Source: Acutalibacteraceae bacterium (GTDB lineage Bacteria; Spirochaetota; Spirochaetia; Sphaerochaetales; Sphaerochaetaceae). From it: 59,734 nt of DNA. This document shows, one piece after another, positions 50,108-59,133 of the stretch (positions are counted from its first letter, which is position 1; the number at the start of each line of letters is the position of its first letter). A program made the position numbers and the translations under genes. Location: the NCBI GenBank assembly GCA_963626075.1, contig CAVFVX010000001.1, forward strand, positions 1-59,734. The letters are read 5' to 3'. Below the pieces are notes generated by a model. It ran no database searches and had not been told where the DNA came from. It was given only the letters and a program-made list of their open reading frames with translations.

Positions 50108-50373
50108 TGTTTTCCCGCCGTAAGAAGGATAAGAAGGACGACTGGGAGGACGACGGCAGAAGCTTTGCCGACATGAATGTCGAAGGCATGCCGTGGTACC
50201 GCCCGCCGCAGCCTACCGACAGACCCGAGGGACAGAAGAACGATATGTCCCCCGAGAATTACCGCTCCTTCATGTGGGGCGCAGTGAAGGCTGCGCTTCT
50301 CATCGCCGCGGTCTTCGCGGGAGGATATTTCCTCTTCATAGTCTTTCTTGACAAGATAGTTTTCGGTAACTGA
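50104..50373 (+). CDS. Small single-pass membrane protein translationally coupled to the ABC ATPase (89 aa)
   Basis: ATGA overlap with the upstream stop. Charged, Pro-rich N-terminus and a C-terminal TM AALLIAAVFAGGYFLFIVFL. Confidence 0.55.
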   Translation: MMFSRRKKDKKDDWEDDGRSFADMNVEGMPWYRPPQPTDRPEGQKNDMSPENYRSFMWGAVKAALLIAAVFAGGYFLFIVFLDKIVFGN

Positions 50374-50390
50374 GGGAGAGTGTCTCCCTC
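50372..50390 (+). terminator. Hairpin at the end of the ABC operon
   Basis: GAGGGAGA-gtg-TCTCCCTC overlapping the stop codon. The tail ATTTACG is weak. Confidence 0.45.
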
Positions 50391-50507
50391 ATTTACGTGT
50401 GAACTGCCCGGCAATTGAAGTTGCCTAGAATTCCCGCTTTATATCTTAAAAGGACTTGCATTTTGTCTGAACTTGTACGTATATATACGCACAGAGAAGG
50501 GGGCAGC

Positions 50508-51035
50508 ATGGCCAGGATAGACAAGAGCGAAAGCAATATTTACACGCTTCCGAAGGGGGCGAATGTTCTCAAGAAGACAGGTGCTGTATACATCAATGAC
50601 CACAACTACACGGTTGAGGCCAGGGAAGGGAAGAAAGCCTACGTAAGCCACGTCAAGCTCTGCATCGGGAAGATCTGTGATGACGACAGAACGAAGTTCT
50701 ATGCAAACGATAACTACAAAAGGAAGTTTCTGAATGCCGAGCCTCCTGAGAAGGCAGACGGTAAAAGGAAAGACATCGACGAGGATGTAGTCGGAAGGTG
50801 CGGCTTCTACTGCCCGTCCTGTCCGTCATTCGCGGCCGGAAGCTGTGCCGGATGCATGAATGGAAACAAGGACGGTGACTGCTATGCACGTGACTGTGTC
50901 CTCGGTAAGGGAATTTCCTTCTGCGGTCAGTGTGATGACTTTCCGTGTGATGTGATTCTCACAAAGCCCCGTACAACCGTCCTCGACAGGGACTGGCTGA
51001 AGTGGAAGAAGGAGGAGAAGCTATCTCAGAAGTGA
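50508..51035 (+). CDS. Cys-rich DUF3795-like protein with an extra N-terminal domain
   Basis: GAAGGGGG lies before ATG 50508. C-terminal half: CGFYCPSCPSFAAGSCAGCMNGNKDGDCYARDCVLGKGISFCGQCDDFPCD. Confidence 0.65.
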   Translation: MARIDKSESNIYTLPKGANVLKKTGAVYINDHNYTVEAREGKKAYVSHVKLCIGKICDDDRTKFYANDNYKRKFLNAEPPEKADGKRKDIDEDVVGRCGFYCPSCPSFAAGSCAGCMNGNKDGDCYARDCVLGKGISFCGQCDDFPCDVILTKPRTTVLDRDWLKWKKEEKLSQK

Positions 51036-51965
51036 GAATGCTCTCTCGTAATCGTCCCTGTTCTTTGCGAGCGAGAGTGCGTTCTTGCACTCCGAGGAGC
51101 CTCTTATTCCCTTGACGTATGAGATGGCGTGCTTTCTCATGGCGTGTGAGGCAATCGTCTCCCCGTAGTATTTCACCATGAGGTCGTAGTGCTTCATCGC
51201 AGTCTCTTTCTTTTCCTCGAGTGAGGGTAGTGTGTAGGAACCTGTATGGAGGTACTCCTCCGTCTCACGGAAAATGAAGGGGTTGCCGATGGCTCCGCGG
51301 GCGAACATGACGCCGCTCATTCCGTAGTTTGTGATTACATCGACTGCGTCCTCGGGAGTGAAGATGTCACCCGAGGCATAGAGGGGAATTCCCGAACCTT
51401 TGAAGGTATTCGAGAGTGTTCTGAAGGCCTCTCTGTCGGCCTTGCCCTCGTAGCCCTGGGCACGGGTACGTGCATGGAGAGTGAGGGCGTCGGCTCCGTT
51501 TTCAATCGCAGTCTCTGCAAACTCGAGGTAGTTGATGCTCTCCCTGTCCCACCCCAGTCTGAACTTCACAGATACGGGAACATCGAGGTTGTCCTTGAGA
51601 ACCTTCACGATTTCCCCCATCTTCCCGGGATTCCTCATCAGTGCCGAACCCGCTCCCGTCTTCACGACCTTGGGTACCGGGCAGCCGCAGTTGATGTCTA
51701 TTGCATCGACATGTGCTTCCCTCAGGAAGGGAAGAGCTCTCTCCACGGGGTCGGAAGAGGGTGCGAAGAGCTGGACGGTGAGGAACTTCTCCCCGTCGTA
51801 TTTCTCCATGAGCTCCTCAGTCTTTCCGCTTCCCCTTGCGAGTCCCTCGGCACTCACCATTTCAGATACCGCACTCCGGCATCCGAAGAGCGAGCATATT
51901 TCTCTGAAGGCCTTGTCGGTGTAGCCGGCAAGAGGTGCAAGGATAAGGGAGTCGTTTCCGTTCAT
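51021..51965 (-). CDS. dus: tRNA-dihydrouridine synthase
   Basis: Motifs LAPLAGYTDKAFR, DINCGCPVPKVVKTGAGSALM and TLHARTR. Confidence 0.9.
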   Translation of the reverse strand: MNGNDSLILAPLAGYTDKAFREICSLFGCRSAVSEMVSAEGLARGSGKTEELMEKYDGEKFLTVQLFAPSSDPVERALPFLREAHVDAIDINCGCPVPKVVKTGAGSALMRNPGKMGEIVKVLKDNLDVPVSVKFRLGWDRESINYLEFAETAIENGADALTLHARTRAQGYEGKADREAFRTLSNTFKGSGIPLYASGDIFTPEDAVDVITNYGMSGVMFARGAIGNPFIFRETEEYLHTGSYTLPSLEEKKETAMKHYDLMVKYYGETIASHAMRKHAISYVKGIRGSSECKNALSLAKNRDDYERAFSLLR

Positions 51966-52043
51966 GCGGCAATGATAACAAACACGCCTTAAATTTTCGA
52001 CCCTTTATTGATAATCCCTCCTATCCGTGTTAACTTTTATTCC

Positions 52044-53069
52044 ATGAAGAAAAAGCAGACAGCGCATGAAGAAGAGAGCGCTTATGTATATGCTGTAAAG
52101 AACCCGTCCTACAACGATATATGCCTCGGAGCGTGGGACAGTGTGATATATGCCGGGACGCCTGTTGTCTACGACACCCGCTTCGGCCTCGACCTCGGAA
52201 TCGTCGTCGGGCCCGCTCCGACCTTCAGGGAGGGCTACAAGCCCGGTAACCCGGAGGTAACCGGAGCCTGCCTGAAGTTCTGCAGTGAGAACGAGGAATA
52301 CGAAGGCGGAGAGAACGAGCACCAGTGTCTTTCGTGCTTCGGCTGCCAGACGGGAAGAGAACCCGTGAAGACGAAGGTCGACGGAGACGTGCTCTGGATC
52401 GATCACCTCGCGACCCCCGCAGAGATGGCGAAGTACGAGGAGAACAGAAGAGGCGAAGAGACCGCAATCGAGGTATGCAGGGAGAAGATCATCAGGCATA
52501 AGCTCCAGATGAAGCTCATTTCCGCACACTTCCTTCTCGGGGAGAGCAAGGTGATCTTCTTCTTCACCGCCGAGGAGAGAGTCGACTTCAGGGAACTCGT
52601 GAAGGACCTCGTGTCCGTATTCAGAATGAGAATAGAACTCAGACAGATAGGTGTCAGGGACGAATCGCGTCTCATCGGAGGCCTTTCCGTCTGCGGAAGG
52701 GACTACTGCTGCCATGCGATGAACAGGGAGATGGAACCCGTCACGATAAAGATGGCGAAGGAGCAGAATCTCTCGCTCAATTCCGCGAAGATCAGCGGCC
52801 CCTGCGGAAGGCTTCTGTGCTGCCTTGCATATGAATACGAATATTATATGGAAGAGAAGGCCGGAGCCCCGAGTGAAGGTACGAAGCTCAAGATAGACCA
52901 CGACATATGGAGAGTGAGCGAGGTCAACATACTCTCGCGCAAGCTCACCTGCGTCACCCTCGACGGCAGGCAGATTTTCATCCCCTTCGATGAAGTCTAC
53001 TTCGACGGAGAGACGGGACACTGGGAGGTCTACCAGGACTACCAGGACGAGCTTTTCAGCGAGGATTGA
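52044..53069 (+). CDS. PSP1-domain protein (RicT/YaaT-like)
   Basis: Motifs VIFFFTAEERVDFRELVKDL, RIELRQIGVRDE, CGRDYCC and GPCGRLLCCLAYE. The ORF-track start 52008 is an extension. Confidence 0.85.
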   Translation: MKKKQTAHEEESAYVYAVKNPSYNDICLGAWDSVIYAGTPVVYDTRFGLDLGIVVGPAPTFREGYKPGNPEVTGACLKFCSENEEYEGGENEHQCLSCFGCQTGREPVKTKVDGDVLWIDHLATPAEMAKYEENRRGEETAIEVCREKIIRHKLQMKLISAHFLLGESKVIFFFTAEERVDFRELVKDLVSVFRMRIELRQIGVRDESRLIGGLSVCGRDYCCHAMNREMEPVTIKMAKEQNLSLNSAKISGPCGRLLCCLAYEYEYYMEEKAGAPSEGTKLKIDHDIWRVSEVNILSRKLTCVTLDGRQIFIPFDEVYFDGETGHWEVYQDYQDELFSED

Positions 53070-53144
53070 GCCTGAGAGGCGGGAAAAAGCGCATTCTTTG
53101 ATGAAGAATACAGCAATTTCTTTCAAGAAAGTGAAATATTACTG

Positions 53145-53173
53145 TTGACCCAATCAATCTATTATGATACTTT
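53145..53173 (+). promoter_or_regulatory. Possible rpsT promoter
   Basis: TTGACC, 17 nt (with TG at -15/-14), TACTTT. Confidence 0.35.
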
Positions 53174-53238
53174 CCATAATTGTCGTTGAAGTCAACGATT
53201 ATTGATAAGACTATCTGTCAACGTTTGGAGGAAATATA

Positions 53239-53499
53239 ATGTCAAGCAAGTCAGTAGAAAAGAGAGATCGTGAGAACGCAAAGCGCCGTCTCAGAAACCG
53301 TGCGGCTAAGAGCACAGTCCGCACAGCTGTCAAGAAGTTCAATGCAGCAGTCGAAGCAGGCGACAAGGCAGCAGCCAAGGAAGCTCTGGATCTTTCCGTC
53401 AAACTCCTTGATTCTGCAGCAGGCAAGGGTGTCATCCACCAGAACACTGCAAGCAGAAAGAAGAGCAGAATGACACAGGCATACAACAAGTTAGCTTAA
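53239..53499 (+). CDS. rpsT: 30S ribosomal protein S20
   Basis: 86 aa, basic, helical. RNRAAKSTVRTAVKKF motif. Confidence 0.92.
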   Translation: MSSKSVEKRDRENAKRRLRNRAAKSTVRTAVKKFNAAVEAGDKAAAKEALDLSVKLLDSAAGKGVIHQNTASRKKSRMTQAYNKLA

Positions 53500-53526
53500 T
53501 CGGGAATCATATTCAGGAGACTTGAA

Positions 53527-53838
53527 ATGCAGGAAAAACTTACAAAGGCAGCAATCATTGAGAATCTTCACAACAAGCTCGGCTTCAACAGAAGCGAAAT
53601 CCACAGCATCATCGACGAGCTTTTCGAAGAGGTAAAGGACGGTCTCAAGGACGGTCGTGTAATTGAACTCAGAGGTTTCGGTACTTTTGAAGTGAGAATC
53701 AGAAAGGGCAGAGAGAAGGCAAGAAATCCGAAGACCGGCGAGGTCGTCGCAGTTGACAGGCATGGTGTTGCCATCTTCAGACCCGGTAAGGAACTTAAGG
53801 ATTTCGTCTGGAACATCACAAGCACTGATGAAGAGTAA
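53527..53838 (+). CDS. HU/IHF-family DNA-binding protein
   Basis: RGFGTFEVRIRKGREKARNPKTGEVVAVDRHGVAIFRPGKELKD. Confidence 0.88.
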   Translation: MQEKLTKAAIIENLHNKLGFNRSEIHSIIDELFEEVKDGLKDGRVIELRGFGTFEVRIRKGREKARNPKTGEVVAVDRHGVAIFRPGKELKDFVWNITSTDEE

Positions 53839-53854
53839 TCGGACGGAGTTATCC

Positions 53855-55525
53855 TTGAGTAACGATAGATATCGAAGGAGCCTCGGAACACTGTGTTCTG
53901 AGGTTCTTGTTTTATTGGCATCCGCTTTTGTGCTGGCCGCTGCATTCCCGGGCTTCCTTACCGATGACGGAATAGGCTGGCTGAGTCTCATTGCCCTCAT
54001 TCCCGTATTCGCGGTGATCAGGAACACCTCCTGGCGCTGCGTATGGTTCTACGGCTTCATCTTCGGCCTCGTATACTACTTCTTCTTCAACTACTGGCTG
54101 AAGACGTTCCACGCCCTCGCAATCGTCATCGCTCCCGTAATCAAGGGCGGCGAGATGATATTCCTCTTTCTCGCCCTCAAGGCGGTGGACACCGCCTTCC
54201 CGAAGAGGGGATACATTCTCAAGGGAGCCGTGTGGGCTGCGTACGCATACCTGGCAGAGAACTGGTTCGCGGGCTATCCCTACGGGAATATCGTATACGC
54301 ACTCTACCCCTACCGTGTCCTCTACCAGATAGCCGACATCACGGGAATCTGGGGTGTGATATATCTCATGGTATTTCCGCAGGCATACCTCTCCGAGTGG
54401 CTCCTGGACTACGTCCATAAGGAACCGCTTGAAGTGAAGAAGAGGGTAAGAAGTAACCTGATTCCGCTAATTATCTACATTGTTCTCGTCATAGCGACCA
54501 TCGTTTACGGCTGCTTCCAGCTTTCATACTGGACAGACAGGGAGAGCGACGAGACGCTGAGAGTTGCGACCGTGCAGCACAACCACGATTCGTGGAAGGG
54601 CGGCTACAGGACGTACCTTCACAACTTCAACAATCTCAAGAGATATACGACGGAGTCGCTCAGCGAAGACCCCGATTTAATCGTCTGGTCCGAGACTGCG
54701 TTCGTACCCTCCGTTGCATGGCACACGAAGTACTCCGCCGAAGGCACTGTGTGGGAGGAGATACACGACCTCACCATCAACTTCGTCGAGTATGCAAAGT
54801 CCATCGGTGTTCCGCTCCTCACGGGTAACCCCAAGTCCGTGATAAAGGACGATACACAGCCCCCGTACGATTCGGATGGAAACAAGAACAGCGAGGAGTA
54901 CAACACCGTCATACTCTTCAAGGACGGCGAGATAGCGGGTGAGTACATCAAGCAGCATCTTGTCCCGTTCACAGAGCACTTCCCCTACGAGAAGCAGCTT
55001 CCGTGGCTCTATAAGCTTTTAAAGAGCATGGACTACAACTGGTGGATTCCCGGAACCGAATCCACTGTCTTCGATCTCGACGGCATCAGGTTCTCGACTC
55101 CGATATGCTACGAGGATGCCTTCGGCTACCTCAACGCCGAGTTCGTCGAGGCGGGAGCCGAGCTCATCATCAACATGACGAACGACAACTGGTCGAAGAC
55201 CGTGTCCGCAGAGTGGCAGCATGCCGAGATTGCGGCATTCAGGTGTGTCGAGACACGAAAGAGCATGGTGAGGGGCACAAACAGCGGAATTACCTGCATG
55301 ATAGTCCCCACGGGTGAGATACAGGATCCCATGGAGCCATTCACGATGGGCTATCATATCTACGACGTTCCGGTGTACAGCAGTGAGAGCTACTCCAACA
55401 CCTTCTACGTCGACCACATCGACCTCTTTGCGAAGATATTCATCGGCATAAGCATTGCGACGGTTGCTCTCAGTGCGGCCAAGGGCGTCGTTTACGTGAT
55501 AAAAAAGAAAAAGAGAACAGAATAA
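53855..55525 (+). CDS. lnt: Apolipoprotein N-acyltransferase
   Basis: Multi-TM N-terminal half plus a CN-hydrolase domain (VWSETAF, ICYEDAF). TTG start with GGAG 6 nt upstream. The ORF-track ATG 53753 lies inside the HU gene. Confidence 0.8.
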   Translation: MSNDRYRRSLGTLCSEVLVLLASAFVLAAAFPGFLTDDGIGWLSLIALIPVFAVIRNTSWRCVWFYGFIFGLVYYFFFNYWLKTFHALAIVIAPVIKGGEMIFLFLALKAVDTAFPKRGYILKGAVWAAYAYLAENWFAGYPYGNIVYALYPYRVLYQIADITGIWGVIYLMVFPQAYLSEWLLDYVHKEPLEVKKRVRSNLIPLIIYIVLVIATIVYGCFQLSYWTDRESDETLRVATVQHNHDSWKGGYRTYLHNFNNLKRYTTESLSEDPDLIVWSETAFVPSVAWHTKYSAEGTVWEEIHDLTINFVEYAKSIGVPLLTGNPKSVIKDDTQPPYDSDGNKNSEEYNTVILFKDGEIAGEYIKQHLVPFTEHFPYEKQLPWLYKLLKSMDYNWWIPGTESTVFDLDGIRFSTPICYEDAFGYLNAEFVEAGAELIINMTNDNWSKTVSAEWQHAEIAAFRCVETRKSMVRGTNSGITCMIVPTGEIQDPMEPFTMGYHIYDVPVYSSESYSNTFYVDHIDLFAKIFIGISIATVALSAAKGVVYVIKKKKRTE

Positions 55526-55531
55526 TAGTCC

Positions 55532-55551
55532 AGCCCCGGGAAGCCGGGGCT
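55532..55551 (+). terminator. Hairpin after lnt
   Basis: AGCCCCGG-gaag-CCGGGGCT with a weak T-tail (TCATAAAC). Confidence 0.4.
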
Positions 55552-55573
55552 TCATAAACCTGAGGAGAAAGGA

Positions 55574-56815
55574 ATGAAACAGGTAAGCCTCGTAGTAATA
55601 GGAACGGAACTCACAAGAGGAATAATAGAGGACAAGCACACAGCTGTAGTTGCCCGTGAGATCACGCATCTCGGACTCCACTTCAGGGAGAGCGTACAGA
55701 CAGCCGACGACGGCACGATAAAGGAGGCTCTGTCGTTCCTCCTTCCCCATAACGACATAATCATCATCACCGGAGGCCTCGGCCCCACGTCCGACGACAT
55801 GACGCGGGCCTCCATTGCAGAGGCTGCGGGAAAGAAGCTCGTAAGGGACGAAGGTGCGTGGAAGCACCTTGTGGAGACTCTCGGCGACAGGGCATACGGC
55901 GCGAACGAGAAGCAGGCCCTCATTCCCGAGTCCTTCACGATAATCCCCAATCCCAACGGAACGGCACCGGGATTCTGGGGGGAGTGCGGACACGTACTCC
56001 TCATTTCCCTTCCGGGGCCTCCGAGGGAGATGAGACCGATGCTCTATGATTCGGTTCTGCCTCTCATTGCAGACCGCTACGGTCTCGAAAGAGACGAGAG
56101 GGACGAGTATACGTCTCTCATCACCGCCGAGGCGAAGCTCGAGGAGATGTGCGAGATGGCCGACAGCACACTCGAGTGGGGCACGAGATTCCAGGACTAC
56201 AGAATAAGCCTCTACGTCTCCGGTAAGGATAAGAACACAAGAGACAAAGCCGTCGGAAAACTCCGGTCCCTGATCGGCGAACACCGTATCGAGGATGGCG
56301 ATACCTCCTCACTCGAGCTGCTGACAGCAACTTTGAAGGAGAAGAAGGCGACAGTATCATGTGCAGAGAGCTGCACGGGAGGACTTGCGGCATCGCTTCT
56401 TACAAGTATTCCGGGATCGAGTGAATACATGCTCGGAGGAGTCGTCTCGTATTCCCCCGAAGTGAAGAAGGGCGTACTCGGGGTGAAGGAAACAACCGTT
56501 GAGAAATACGGGGTGGTATCTGAAGAGTGTGCGCGTGAGATGGCGGACGGAGTGAGAGAGAAGACGCATTCCGACTACGCATTCTCCATTACCGGAGTCG
56601 CGGGGCCCGACAAAAGCGAGGGAAAGGACGTCGGAACTGTATGCTTCGGTTTCAGTGGCAGAGACAGGAATACGGAGACGGTTACTCTCCATTTCCCCTC
56701 CTGGGGACGCGAGAGCATAAGACGCCGCTCCTCTGTCACTGCATTCATTCTCATGAAGGCATTCATTCTCGGTGAGGACGTAAATTCAATCGTTGCTTCC
56801 TGGAAGGTGTTCTGA
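55574..56815 (+). CDS. cinA: CinA-family protein (MoCF-binding domain + PncC-like NMN amidohydrolase)
   Basis: Motifs IGTELTRGIIEDKHT, ITGGLGPTSDD and a C-terminal SCAESCTGGL. Confidence 0.9.
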   Translation: MKQVSLVVIGTELTRGIIEDKHTAVVAREITHLGLHFRESVQTADDGTIKEALSFLLPHNDIIIITGGLGPTSDDMTRASIAEAAGKKLVRDEGAWKHLVETLGDRAYGANEKQALIPESFTIIPNPNGTAPGFWGECGHVLLISLPGPPREMRPMLYDSVLPLIADRYGLERDERDEYTSLITAEAKLEEMCEMADSTLEWGTRFQDYRISLYVSGKDKNTRDKAVGKLRSLIGEHRIEDGDTSSLELLTATLKEKKATVSCAESCTGGLAASLLTSIPGSSEYMLGGVVSYSPEVKKGVLGVKETTVEKYGVVSEECAREMADGVREKTHSDYAFSITGVAGPDKSEGKDVGTVCFGFSGRDRNTETVTLHFPSWGRESIRRRSSVTAFILMKAFILGEDVNSIVASWKVF

Positions 56816-57636
56816 TGCGTTTTTCACAGAAGGAAGTCAATCTTCATACCCATACTCTATTCTCCCACCACGGAAAGGGAATGCCGGAGGATTACCTCCG
56901 GGAAGCGGAGAGTTACGGCCACATAAAGGTTCTGGGCTTCAGCGAGCACACTCCGATAGCCGATTCCTCATTCCCGCAGGAGAGAATGAGGATGGACGAA
57001 CTCGGACCGTACTCGGAGAGCGTCAGAGCCGGCAAGAGCGACAGTATTCTCGTCTTACTCGGCTCCGAGTGCGACTGGAGGAAGGACTTCGAATCCTTCT
57101 ACCGTGAGGAACTGTTGGGGAAGTATCATTTTGACTATCTTCTGGGTTCAGTGCATTATCTTCCGGACAGTAACGGCGACATGAAGTTCGTCGGAAAGGC
57201 GACCAATACGGACCTTTCGCTTAAAGAGTATGTCGAACTTTACACAGAGATGCTGTCGTCTCATCTCTTCCTCTACGGCTGTCATCCCGATATCTTCATG
57301 GCGAGCCATCACGAGTGGGACGAAGATGCGGTAAGCGCCTCGAGAGACATCATCTCATGCGCCGTCGAGAATGACATGCCGCTCGAGATAAACGGTAACG
57401 GTATGAGGAAGAAGCCCCTCGTGCTCGACGACGGAGGGGAGCGGTACCTCTATCCCGTGGCTCCATTCTGGGTGATGGCGCGGGATATGGGCGTAAAGAT
57501 CGTCACGGCAAGCGATGCTCATAAGCCGCAGTATGTCGATATCTGGAACCTCTCGGAGGAATTTGCAGCGCCTCTCGGAATAGAATGGGCGGAGTACGAA
57601 ATCGACCCGGATGAGAGTAAGATCGAGATATTCTGA
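56815..57636 (+). CDS. PHP-family phosphoesterase (HisJ-type histidinol-phosphatase-like)
   Basis: NLHTHTLFSHHG, GFSEH and SDAH motifs. The start overlaps the cinA stop. Confidence 0.8.
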   Translation: MRFSQKEVNLHTHTLFSHHGKGMPEDYLREAESYGHIKVLGFSEHTPIADSSFPQERMRMDELGPYSESVRAGKSDSILVLLGSECDWRKDFESFYREELLGKYHFDYLLGSVHYLPDSNGDMKFVGKATNTDLSLKEYVELYTEMLSSHLFLYGCHPDIFMASHHEWDEDAVSASRDIISCAVENDMPLEINGNGMRKKPLVLDDGGERYLYPVAPFWVMARDMGVKIVTASDAHKPQYVDIWNLSEEFAAPLGIEWAEYEIDPDESKIEIF

Positions 57637-57672
57637 AGGAAACCTTTCTTTTATCGGTATTCCCGTCAATTC

Positions 57673-57688
57673 GGAACTTGCAAGTTCC
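57673..57688. repeat. Perfect 16-bp palindrome in the convergent spacer
   Basis: GGAACTTGCAAGTTCC, flanked by AATT/AATT arms (57668-57693). Confidence 0.6.
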
Positions 57689-57809
57689 AAATTACAAAGA
57701 TTTCCGATGAAAGCCTGCCGAATCGTTATATGGACAATATCGGCCGGGTAGCAGGCTTCAAGAGCAGTCGACTGTTGACATATGGTATCTGCGTTATTTG
57801 ATATTGAAA

Positions 57810-59108
57810 TCAGTACTTCTCCAGACTCTCCGGATTGAGAAGGAAATCGTAGATGCTCATCGTAAGTATACCGTTGTCGTCGTAGAGCGGATTAACCATG
57901 TCCTTGGTGATGACAATCTTCCTGAACGAGTCTTTTATCTTCCTGAGCGGTGCTGTCACCGGAGTGCGCGACTCCGCATCGGGAATGGAGCCCGCGCTCT
58001 GGATGTAGTATGTCCGTCCTGCTCTGTTGCAGACGAAATCCACCTCAAGCTGTGACCTCTTCACGCTTCCGTTACCGTTTCTCGCCGCCGTCGTCACAAC
58101 TCCCACATCGACATTGTAGCCGCGCATCTTAAGCTCGTTGAAGATGACATTCTCCATCGCAAGGGTCTCTTCAATCTGTCTGAAGCCGATTCTCACGTTC
58201 CTCAGTCCGAGGTCTGTGAAGTAATATTTGAGAGGAGTTTCGATGAAGGCTTTTCCCTTGATGTCGTATCTTATTGCAGAGTCAATCAGAAACGAATCCT
58301 CAAGGCATTCCAGGTACTTTCTGATTGTGTTGGCCGTTATCTTCGAGTGTTTCACGCTCCTGAAGGTGTTTCTGAGTTTTTCCGGATTCGTCGGAGAACC
58401 GATTGAAGACGAAAGGACATTGAGAAGGTCTTCAAGCTCTCCGATGTTCCTTATGTTGTTTCTCTTCTGTATGTCTCTGATGTAAATCCCGGAGAAGAGA
58501 TTTGTGAGGATCCGGCTCTTCTCCTCGCCGCTCTTGCGGAGGACTACAAGAGGTATTCCTCCGTAGTACATGTATTCGGAGAGGCCCGTGTAGCGGTCGC
58601 CGTCGTAGACGCTCATGAACTCTGAAAACGACAGCGGGTACATGTGAATCTCGTCGCCGCGACCCGCAAACTCCGTAATCACATCCTTGCTGAGGAACTT
58701 CGCATTGCTGCCCGTGACGTAGACGTCGATGTTCTTCTTATAGAGGTAGCCGTTGAGAACCGCTTCGAACTGTCCCAGCCTCTGTACTTCGTCGAGGAGC
58801 AGGTAGTACATTCCGTCATCGGTAATCCTGGTGCGTATGTACGTCATGAACTTCTCGGGATCAACACTACGTTTCTCCTTCTCGATTTCAAGAAGATTCT
58901 CTCCTATAAGCATGAGGTCATCGCCGCTGTCGAAAGCGAAGCGGATTATGTGTTTCTCGTCCACGCCGTCCGCGACAAGATGGTCGTAGAAGATTCTGTT
59001 GAGGAGGTAGGATTTTCCGCACCTGCGGATTCCGGTGATGACTTTGATCATCCCGTTCTGTTTTCCCGATATAAGTCGATTCAGATAATAGTCGCGACTG
59101 ATTTCCAT
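57810..59108 (-). CDS. AAA_14 + DUF4143-type ATPase (432 aa)
   Basis: Walker A GIRRCGKSY and Walker B YLLLDEVQ. C-terminal EVDFV...YYIQSA block typical of the DUF4143 family. Confidence 0.85.
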   Translation of the reverse strand: MEISRDYYLNRLISGKQNGMIKVITGIRRCGKSYLLNRIFYDHLVADGVDEKHIIRFAFDSGDDLMLIGENLLEIEKEKRSVDPEKFMTYIRTRITDDGMYYLLLDEVQRLGQFEAVLNGYLYKKNIDVYVTGSNAKFLSKDVITEFAGRGDEIHMYPLSFSEFMSVYDGDRYTGLSEYMYYGGIPLVVLRKSGEEKSRILTNLFSGIYIRDIQKRNNIRNIGELEDLLNVLSSSIGSPTNPEKLRNTFRSVKHSKITANTIRKYLECLEDSFLIDSAIRYDIKGKAFIETPLKYYFTDLGLRNVRIGFRQIEETLAMENVIFNELKMRGYNVDVGVVTTAARNGNGSVKRSQLEVDFVCNRAGRTYYIQSAGSIPDAESRTPVTAPLRKIKDSFRKIVITKDMVNPLYDDNGILTMSIYDFLLNPESLEKY

Positions 59109-59133
59109 ACTATCTCATTGCAGCATGACATGT

